From IMG/VR virus record IMGVR_UViG_3300047462_000154, positions 108,316-172,315 of that record: a DNA stretch of 64,000 nt. The stretch is one strand, 5' to 3'. The translations under genes were made by a program, and so were the position numbers. Below are positions 57,947 to 64,000 of the stretch, piece after piece (position 1 is the stretch's first letter; the number at the start of each line of letters is the position of its first letter). Source of the DNA: a virus. The notes under the pieces are model-generated. The model was not told the origin of the DNA. It searched no databases and saw only the letters and a list, made by a program, of their open reading frames with translations.

Positions 57947-57985
57947 ACCATAACATAGTATCTTTTGATATAATTTGTCAAATCT

Positions 57986-58165
57986 TTATTTTGTTTCAAT
58001 AAAACCATTTTCTATTAATATTGATTTTACACGAGAAACTGCATATGAAATACTTTCTCCAGATTTACAATAAAATTCATGGAATTGTGCAGAACAATTC
58101 CATTCAGCAGTGGCATTCGGAAATATACTTTTAAAAAAGATTCTGGTATGTTTGCGAGTTCGTAA
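57986..58165 (-). pseudogene. Gene remnant lacking an intact start
   Basis: Open frame FKSIFPNATAEWNCSAQFHEFYCKSG...GFIETK* right after tRNA-Arg. Confidence 0.4.
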
Positions 58166-58179
58166 ATTTCTCCGTTAAA

Positions 58180-58258
58180 TGGTGTCCCTGGTAGGACTCG
58201 AACCTACGACCGACGGATTAGAAATCCGTAACTCTAATTCCTACTGAGCTACAGGGAC
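58180..58258 (-). tRNA. tRNA-Arg(UCU)
   Basis: GTCCCTG acceptor, ACGGA-TTTCTAA-TCCGT anticodon arm, GTAGG-TTCGAGT-CCTAC T arm, encoded CCA. Confidence 0.95.
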
Positions 58259-58283
58259 AACAATTTTTAATTAGCATATCAGA

Positions 58284-58616
58284 TTATTTTTGTCCACTTC
58301 TAATCAAATAATATTCCATAGCATCCGCTTCAGTGCATTTAGCACGCATATCAGAAGAAGTCACGTGGCGAGTATGACTTGGATACTTCACTTCATCATG
58401 TGTCCATTCTTGTATTTTATAAAGATTAGCAGAATGCCCAATAATAGTTCCATATGAACTTTCACCCATACCTTCATAAAAAGCAACAAAATCGCCTTTT
58501 TTATATTTTGATTTTGTTTTTGAAAAACTTTTTATTACTTTATTTGATACACTATCAACTAACTCATCGGTAATATCTCGAACAAATATTTCTGCACGTT
58601 GTTTTAAATCATTCAT
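58284..58616 (-). CDS. Hypothetical protein
   Basis: 110-aa ORF in early operon. Confidence 0.6.
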   Translation of the reverse strand: MNDLKQRAEIFVRDITDELVDSVSNKVIKSFSKTKSKYKKGDFVAFYEGMGESSYGTIIGHSANLYKIQEWTHDEVKYPSHTRHVTSSDMRAKCTEADAMEYYLIRSGQK

Positions 58617-58885
58617 TATTCTGGCTCCTTGACAATTATAGGAACGATTTCAAAATATTCTTCTCTATCCAAAAATATACCTAAAGTTCTTGAATTTTTC
58701 ATATATTGTTTTGCTTTACCTTCTGTTGAAAAAATCTTTACATTTTTAAATGGCTTTACAAATTCACGAGATGCATACCATCCTTTTGCAAATTCATAAA
58801 CATCTTCATGTGAATATTTCTGTCCTCTATATTGTGGTGAATTTTTTTTGGCTCTAATTACATAGAACGTAAGTGTTTCTGGCAT
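58616..58885 (-). CDS. Hypothetical protein
   Basis: 89 aa, AAGGA RBS. Confidence 0.6.
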   Translation of the reverse strand: MPETLTFYVIRAKKNSPQYRGQKYSHEDVYEFAKGWYASREFVKPFKNVKIFSTEGKAKQYMKNSRTLGIFLDREEYFEIVPIIVKEPE

Positions 58886-58897
58886 TCTTATAATCCT

Positions 58898-59227
58898 TCA
58901 ACATAACCATGAAAATGTGAATGTAGCTTCAACAATAAATGAATGCCGTTCTTCTTCTGGTAAAACGTCAAAAAGAAATCCAGCATTGGCTAATTCTTTA
59001 GCACGTTCCAAAACATCTTCCATAGATGCTTCTGATAATAAATTTGTTTTTTGTTTTGGTTTTTTGCCACAAACTGCTTGAATGCGTAATTTGAATTGTT
59101 CTTGATAAGTCAATTCATCCCATTTGAAACCAGTTCCATAAACAAATGTTTTGGCAACATTTGAAATATGGTTTTCATATTCTTGAGCCAAAGTATCATT
59201 TTCAAATACAGTCAATGAATGACGCAT
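58898..59227 (-). CDS. Hypothetical protein
   Basis: 109 aa, AAAGGA RBS, TTGACA upstream. Confidence 0.6.
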   Translation of the reverse strand: MRHSLTVFENDTLAQEYENHISNVAKTFVYGTGFKWDELTYQEQFKLRIQAVCGKKPKQKTNLLSEASMEDVLERAKELANAGFLFDVLPEEERHSFIVEATFTFSWLC

Positions 59228-59278
59228 TGTAGTTTCCTTTCACTAAAAACCCAAGGTAAACCCAAAATTAAGAATTTG

Positions 59279-59484
59279 TCAAGGAGATTTCAAATGTGGA
59301 TTTTCTTCCAACCACATTTTGTCATTTTTCTTGATTTCTTTTTTTGAAAGTACAGGCTTTCTGGATATCAAACGTGTTTTTCAATTTCTTTAACAAAATT
59401 ATGATATCCCTGCCGTAATACTGGCGGATAAACAAATCTATAAGGATATTTCAATTTTGGTTTATGTTCATATACATATTTCAT
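59279..59484 (-). pseudogene. Frameshifted hypothetical gene
   Basis: MKYVYEHKPKLKYPYRFVYPP...EIEKHV* continues in another frame KKEIKKNDKMWLEENPHLKSP*. Confidence 0.4.
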
Positions 59485-59532
59485 AAAATCTATTTTAACC
59501 AAAACTTTTTTAAAATCAAGATAAATACTTAT

Positions 59533-60201
59533 ATGAAACTTAAAGAAATATCACCATATTTTTTGGAACAAATCGACTATCGCCAAGCTTTTAATGAATC
59601 TTGGCTTTTTGAAATGCCAAAACGTCTTAATCAATCAGACGATTCTTTTTATGGGTTTTTATTAAATTTAAAACAATATTGTAAAGAAAATCCAAAAAAC
59701 GTTTATGATTTAGGAAATGGTTGGTTTAAATATCAAGGAATTTCTATTGTTTTTTATTGGTATAAAAAAGATGACGACATAATTGTTGGTGGAGAATTTG
59801 ATATAAAACCACAATCAACTATTGTTATTTATTCTGGAAAAAATCCAAATTACAAAAATCAAATACCATATGCATCAGATTTATATGAACTTGTTTTAAA
59901 AGACCAAAATAAACCAATAGGTTTAGAAAGTGATAAATTTTTAAGTGATTCCGCATTCAAAATATGGAGTAAATTACTTTCACTTTGTCATAAAATAAAA
60001 GTTTATGATATACGTTCACCAGGAAGTTCTTTTAAAGAAATCAAAAACATTGATGATTTAAAATCATATTTTTCTGAAGATGAAAATCATAAAAATTTTA
60101 GATATATTTTAGCTGAAAATAATGAATTATATTTAGAATTGAAAATATCAAAATTTGGTAGAAGAAAATACCAAAAAGAAAATAATTTACCAATACAATG
60201 A
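59533..60201 (+). CDS. Hypothetical late protein, MKLKEI N-terminus
   Basis: ATAAATA then ATG 59533; LFEMP, SDKFLSDSAFKIW motifs. Confidence 0.65.
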   Translation: MKLKEISPYFLEQIDYRQAFNESWLFEMPKRLNQSDDSFYGFLLNLKQYCKENPKNVYDLGNGWFKYQGISIVFYWYKKDDDIIVGGEFDIKPQSTIVIYSGKNPNYKNQIPYASDLYELVLKDQNKPIGLESDKFLSDSAFKIWSKLLSLCHKIKVYDIRSPGSSFKEIKNIDDLKSYFSEDENHKNFRYILAENNELYLELKISKFGRRKYQKENNLPIQ

Positions 60202-61391
60202 AATATTCAGAAATTATATTTGAAGAAGTATTCGGCAATCTTGCTATTGGTTATCATAGAACTAATTCTTTAGATAATATCAACGAAATTGTAGTATCTG
60301 GATTTATTGCTGGCAAAGGCGATACATATGGTCCTGGTGTTTATATGACTTATGATTTACAATCACAATTAAATTCTTACATGATTTCCAATTATGGTGA
60401 ATATATTATTAAAAATAAAGTGAATTTGAATAATTATCTTATATTCGATGAAAATGTTGCAAGAACAGTTTATGGCAAAGATTGGCAAATAGAAAAACAA
60501 TTGAATAAATTTGGTTTTAAACCAGAACAAATAAAAGCCATAACCTATGACAAAATCACAAATACGTCTGGAACCGAAATTGAAAATGCTCCAACTTCAC
60601 TTTATGCACATCGAGTTTATCAATTCAAAAATAAAAATATAAACGGTTTAATTTTCACTGGTAGAGCAGATGGAAAAGTTATTGTAAGTTATAATATTTC
60701 TTCAATTAAACCATATCAATATGCAAAAGTTGATTATTCGTTAATTACAAGCAAAAAAGAAATAGAATGGCATAAAATTGAAAATTCATTTGTTCCAAAA
60801 GAAAAGAAAAATATTGATTATCAAAAACTTGCTAAAAAATATCCAAAAGAAAAATTAAAAAAATTAGCACAAGAACAATTTGATTTAAAAATGGTAAAAA
60901 ATGATTATCGAGATTTAAAATATGTTAAGTCTGTAACTGAAGAAATCTTACTTGTTGTAATTAAAGAACAACCTATGGAATTAATTAATGTTTTTGGACA
61001 TAATTATGTTGATGATTTGAGCGATGAATTTAAAATTAAAGCAGTTAATTTAAATCCAAATTCATTTTGGATATTCAAACATCCATCAGAAGACGTTGAA
61101 TTAGCAGCCGTACAAAAAGATGGAAGATTAATTAGAAATATAAATTTCCCAAGCACAAAAATACAAATTGCAGCATTAAATCAAAATTCACATGCCCTTA
61201 GTGAAATTGACCATGTATCAGATGAAGCATATGAATTTTTAATTAGAAAAGAATTAAAAGCGAATAATTGTGAATTAAAACATGAAAACCATCAATGGAT
61301 TGTAATGTTTCAAAATACAGAATTATTCAAATCAGATGATTTATCTGAATTAGAAACGTTTATAGAAGATAATTTTTATAATAAGTATTGA
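60198..61391 (+). CDS. ADP-ribosyltransferase-like protein with C-terminal helical repeats
   Basis: GYHRT...GF..G.GDTYGPGVYMT...YG; repeats PSEDVELAAV / PSTKIQIAAL. Confidence 0.6.
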   Translation: MKYSEIIFEEVFGNLAIGYHRTNSLDNINEIVVSGFIAGKGDTYGPGVYMTYDLQSQLNSYMISNYGEYIIKNKVNLNNYLIFDENVARTVYGKDWQIEKQLNKFGFKPEQIKAITYDKITNTSGTEIENAPTSLYAHRVYQFKNKNINGLIFTGRADGKVIVSYNISSIKPYQYAKVDYSLITSKKEIEWHKIENSFVPKEKKNIDYQKLAKKYPKEKLKKLAQEQFDLKMVKNDYRDLKYVKSVTEEILLVVIKEQPMELINVFGHNYVDDLSDEFKIKAVNLNPNSFWIFKHPSEDVELAAVQKDGRLIRNINFPSTKIQIAALNQNSHALSEIDHVSDEAYEFLIRKELKANNCELKHENHQWIVMFQNTELFKSDDLSELETFIEDNFYNKY

Positions 61392-61402
61392 AGATAAAAT
61401 AT

Positions 61403-61489
61403 TGGAGGGCTTAGTTGGATTCGAACCAACGCGGGATTACTCCGTGGGTTTAAAAGACCCTGCCAATCGACCACTCTGACCATAAGCCC
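61403..61489 (-). tRNA. Atypical tRNA-Lys(UUU) with long variable arm
   Basis: GGGCTTA/TAAGCCC acceptor, GGGT-CTTTTAA-ACCC anticodon arm, GGA-GTAA-TCC variable arm, GTTGG-TTCGAAT-CCAAC T arm, U73, CCA; 87 nt. Confidence 0.85.
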
Positions 61490-61503
61490 ATAATTTAGAC
61501 AAT

Positions 61504-61526
61504 AAAAAACCCCATTTCAGGGGTTT
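61504..61526 (-). terminator. Intrinsic terminator between leader and tRNA-Lys
   Basis: AAACCCC-TGAAAT-GGGGTTT-TTT on the minus strand, ending 14 nt before the tRNA 5' end. Confidence 0.8.
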
Positions 61527-61561
61527 ATGGCGCACAACATCTTAATGAGATTGAAAAGGTA

Positions 61562-61615
61562 TTATCCCTCAAATCCCTCGGATGTAGTGCGCAAAAATTT
61601 TCGTTTAGTGTTCAT
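61562..61615 (-). CDS. Putative leader peptide MNTKRKFLRTTSEGFEG
   Basis: 17-codon ORF whose ATG is 7 nt after the -10 box; AAA codons at positions 4 and 6. Confidence 0.55.
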   Translation of the reverse strand: MNTKRKFLRTTSEGFEG

Positions 61616-61622
61616 GATTCTA

Positions 61623-61651
61623 TTTATATATTATTTCAAAAGTTAAGTCAA
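61623..61651 (-). promoter_or_regulatory. Sigma70-type promoter overlapping a T4-type late box
   Basis: TTGACT-17 nt-TATAAA, with TATAAATA embedded. Confidence 0.7.
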
Positions 61652-61655
61652 TAGT

Positions 61656-62027
61656 TTATTTCATCAATTTTTTTACAAGATTTTTTGCTGAATTCAAATC
61701 TTTTTTATTAAAAAAACCACATTTATAATCACCAGTGTTAATTTCATCAATCAATTCTTGACGAGATATCGTAATAAAATTTTCAGAAATAATTCCATTA
61801 GAAACTTGTTTTTCTGTCATTATTCCACGAATATCTATATATTTTTTATCATGAACATTTAAAAAATGATTTGGTGTAGAAAAAAAAATACTATAACCAA
61901 AAACATCATGAACCGCTAATGCAAAATAAGGACACCAACCTTTCATATATTTTATTGTTTGTTCTCTTGTAGGTGCAAAATTAAATCCACCAAAATAAAA
62001 AACCAAACTAATTTCAAGAAGTCTCAT
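61656..62027 (-). CDS. Hypothetical protein with Cys-His-Asp-like motif
   Basis: GWCPYFALAVH...NHFL...YIDIRG; MRLLEI N-terminus after TATAAATA. Confidence 0.6.
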   Translation of the reverse strand: MRLLEISLVFYFGGFNFAPTREQTIKYMKGWCPYFALAVHDVFGYSIFFSTPNHFLNVHDKKYIDIRGIMTEKQVSNGIISENFITISRQELIDEINTGDYKCGFFNKKDLNSAKNLVKKLMK

Positions 62028-62618
62028 TCATTTATTTATATTCAATGTATTAAACATACTTAAAAACATTTCTTTTGCGACTTTTGGACTAACAGGATAA
62101 ATCCTAAAATCATATGGTTTTGCATAATGTGGTAATTTCCACCATTCATCTTTTTTATTATTCAATAATTGTGATGCTTCTGTTGTTAAAATACGATTGT
62201 CGATTTCTTTAACAATTGGAGACATATCAATTGGAATATTAAATTTTTCAGAAATTGATTTATATATTTGATTTTCAATTTCCATATAATCTTTCAACAT
62301 TCTCTTAATAGGTCTTGGAACATCAACAAGATATGCTTCAGTAGAATCATGCAATAACGCTTCTAATTTATATTCATCAGGTGCTTGTTCAGCACATAAT
62401 ACAGAATGTTGTGCAACAGAATAAAACTCAACTGTATGACCACCAAATCTGCATAAATGTGATAAAGCATGAGCAATCGTTTCAATATCAATATCTTCTA
62501 AACGAGGGTCTAACGGATAAAATCTTCCATTATATGTTCCAATATAATCACCTTGACGTTCGTTATAATCTTTCATTTCAATATTCGTCTTCATGTTCTT
62601 CCTGTATTTCATCTTCAC
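62028..62618 (-). CDS. HD-domain 5'-deoxynucleotidase-like phosphohydrolase
   Basis: IAHALSHLCRFGGH...YSVAQHS...ALLHDSTEAY..D.PRPIK. Confidence 0.88.
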   Translation of the reverse strand: MKMKYRKNMKTNIEMKDYNERQGDYIGTYNGRFYPLDPRLEDIDIETIAHALSHLCRFGGHTVEFYSVAQHSVLCAEQAPDEYKLEALLHDSTEAYLVDVPRPIKRMLKDYMEIENQIYKSISEKFNIPIDMSPIVKEIDNRILTTEASQLLNNKKDEWWKLPHYAKPYDFRIYPVSPKVAKEMFLSMFNTLNINK

Positions 62619-62805
62619 ATAATGATTTTAAAATATCACCTAAAAATTGTTCATCATCTTCAATATTTGCAATATCTGCATATTCGATTCCATAATTTAA
62701 AACGGCTTGTAAAATACCAGTTGCAACTTCTTCTCGACTTGAATGTTTAACATGGTCTCTAACCGACTCCCAAAGTTCAATAACAAATTCTGCTTCACTA
62801 CTCAT
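62578..62805 (-). CDS. Small acidic conserved protein
   Basis: MSSEAEFVIELWESVRDHV, AAGGA RBS. Confidence 0.6.
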   Translation of the reverse strand: MSSEAEFVIELWESVRDHVKHSSREEVATGILQAVLNYGIEYADIANIEDDEQFLGDILKSLCEDEIQEEHEDEY

Positions 62806-62818
62806 TAATTTTTCCTTT

Positions 62819-63289
62819 TTAAATTGTTGCGTCTTCAATACCGTGTTTTCTTAAATCAGTAATATGACCTAATTGAAAATGTAAATTTTCAACACCTTTA
62901 GATAAACCTTTCCATTTACTTGAAATCATTTTCATTCGAATAACCAATTCACAATAATCAACAACTTCTGGTTCATTAACTATATATTTTTCAACAGTGT
63001 TTGCTTGTAAATCGCGATTGTAATTTTCAGTATAATGTTTTCGCCATTTTTGAATTATTTGTCCTTCAATTTTTTCCATATATGCAATAATAGCTTCGGC
63101 TTCAGAATATCTTGCCCACACTGCTTCTGCTAATTGTGGAATTCTTGAAGATGCTGCAATAATTTTTTGACCACGAACATCTAATTCTTTTTTATATAAT
63201 TCATATTCAGAATCATAATAATCATATGCATCAAGAACATATTGATAATTTGTTGGGTCAGCAGTTATTTTATTTAAATGTTTGCTCAT
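62819..63289 (-). CDS. uvsY: Recombination mediator UvsY-like
   Basis: HYTENYNRDL...EKYI...KWKGLSKG...FQLGHITDLRKHGIED; adjacent to uvsX. Confidence 0.75.
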   Translation of the reverse strand: MSKHLNKITADPTNYQYVLDAYDYYDSEYELYKKELDVRGQKIIAASSRIPQLAEAVWARYSEAEAIIAYMEKIEGQIIQKWRKHYTENYNRDLQANTVEKYIVNEPEVVDYCELVIRMKMISSKWKGLSKGVENLHFQLGHITDLRKHGIEDATI

Positions 63290-63301
63290 ATTACTCGTTT
63301 T

Positions 63302-63332
63302 AAAAAAGCTGGTAATAAAATACCAGCTTTTT
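63302..63332 (-). terminator. Terminator after uvsX
   Basis: AAAAAGCTGGTA-ATAAAA-TACCAGCTTTTT. Confidence 0.8.
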
Positions 63333-63368
63333 GCTTATCAAAAAAATTATTTATAATCAATATTTTAA

Positions 63369-63908
63369 TTAAATAATTTCGCCAGTTTCAGGGTCATAAT
63401 CCAATTCTTTATCAGAGAAATCAATACCCAAGGGTACAGTTTTATCTTCAGTCCATTCATCAATCAACATTTCATAAAACTCTGGTTTGAAATTTTTCTT
63501 ATATTCAACATGTTCTTTTCCAGATTTATCAGTATAAGACCAACGATTTCCTGATTTTTTCAAAACACCTTTATTTACCATAAACTCATGTAAACCACTG
63601 TATTTGGAAAGCCCTTGTTCAAAAGGAATCGATACTTTAATTTCTTCAAATGGTTTTGAAAACCTTGATTTAACACATTTAATTTTTGCAATAATACCAG
63701 CAACTTCTTTGGTTTTATTACCTTCCTCATCTTCTTTAAGTTTTAATTTATTCATATTTACAATGATTGATGCGGCAAAAATAAAGCCAGAATTATGGCT
63801 TATTACTCCATTTTCTAAAACATAATGATGTGAATTTTCGACTTCAATGTCATATACATCTTTATTTTCATTTTTGATTATTTTTTTAATTATTTTATTT
63901 TTTTTCAT
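63369..63908 (-). CDS. uvsX: C-terminal half of UvsX/RecA fused to a split-intein C-fragment
   Basis: 39-aa IntC MKKNKII...VYDIEVENSHHYVLENGVISHN, then SGFIFAASIIVNMNKLKLKED...CVKSRFSKPFE...GLSKYSGL; own GAGGA RBS and in-frame TAA two codons upstream. Confidence 0.88.
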   Translation of the reverse strand: MKKNKIIKKIIKNENKDVYDIEVENSHHYVLENGVISHNSGFIFAASIIVNMNKLKLKEDEEGNKTKEVAGIIAKIKCVKSRFSKPFEEIKVSIPFEQGLSKYSGLHEFMVNKGVLKKSGNRWSYTDKSGKEHVEYKKNFKPEFYEMLIDEWTEDKTVPLGIDFSDKELDYDPETGEII

Positions 63909-64000
63909 TTTTTATATTCCTCATATTTTAATTTTATTTCTTCTACTAATTCATCAATTTGTAATTTGATCCAATATCGGTCTCTTGTTTTTTTATCATT
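63905..64000 (-). CDS. 3' end of upstream ORF (possibly an endonuclease), 5'-partial
   Basis: ...NDKKTRDRYWIKLQIDELVEEIKLKYEEYKK*; TGA overlaps the ATG of the IntC ORF. Confidence 0.55.
   Translation of the reverse strand, partial: NDKKTRDRYWIKLQIDELVEEIKLKYEEYKK

Noticed and set aside
61440-61462. Reading the atypical tRNA as an ochre suppressor (UUA) or Leu(UAA)
   Set aside because: Those registers break the anticodon stem; GGGT/ACCC with a 7-nt loop centres UUU
62028-62618. HD protein as DatZ of a Z-base (2-aminoadenine) genome
   Set aside because: No purZ or mazZ in the window; motifs fit the common phage deoxynucleotidase family
1761-63825. Many short ORFs antisense to or nested in long genes (e.g. 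1761-2162, 27031-27450, 30569-31093, 31514-31963, 34380-34832, 42549-42941, 47557-48291)
   Set aside because: Shadows of codon bias in real genes; no RBS or recognisable motifs
1-64000. Stop-codon reassignment
   Set aside because: Long core genes are open in the standard code and end in TAA/TGA; broken genes are explained by frameshifts, not in-frame stops

Overview
AT-rich (roughly 28-30% GC by eye) segment of a T4-related jumbo myophage; the very large baseplate proteins suggest the RaK2/GAP32/Atu_ph07 type (inference). The host is probably an alphaproteobacterium, judged from IleRS motifs. Core genes: an intein-containing gp55-like late sigma factor (runs off the left edge, missed by the ORF track), a baseplate/tail cluster (gp48/54-like, gp53-like, hub, gp5 with SLT domain, gp25, gp6, a 2319-aa wedge, tail fibres), a portal carrying two inteins 17 aa apart, tape-measure-like, gp26 and gp51 genes, uvsY, and the C-half of a split-intein uvsX/recA at the right edge. 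Accessory content: an intact IS605 element (tnpA+tnpB) whose excision restores a phage ORF, a phage IleRS with a compensated double frameshift and altered active-site motifs, tRNA-Arg(UCU), a truncated tRNA-Ser(GCU), a family of late proteins with a shared capsid-targeting-like N-terminus (two ADP-ribosyltransferase-like, kinase-like, glucosaminidase, Cys-His-Asp proteins), and many decayed or fused accessory genes. Best candidates for new biology: (1) an atypical long-variable-arm tRNA-Lys(UUU) placed behind a leaderless Lys-codon leader peptide and terminator, i.e. a putative tRNA-depletion-sensing attenuator for counter-defence; (2) a bistable RNA leader that can hide the RBS and start codon of a basic MSRTIRK protein; (3) inteins in the late sigma factor, portal (x2) and a fractured UvsX. 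All product calls come from motif recognition by eye, without database searches.
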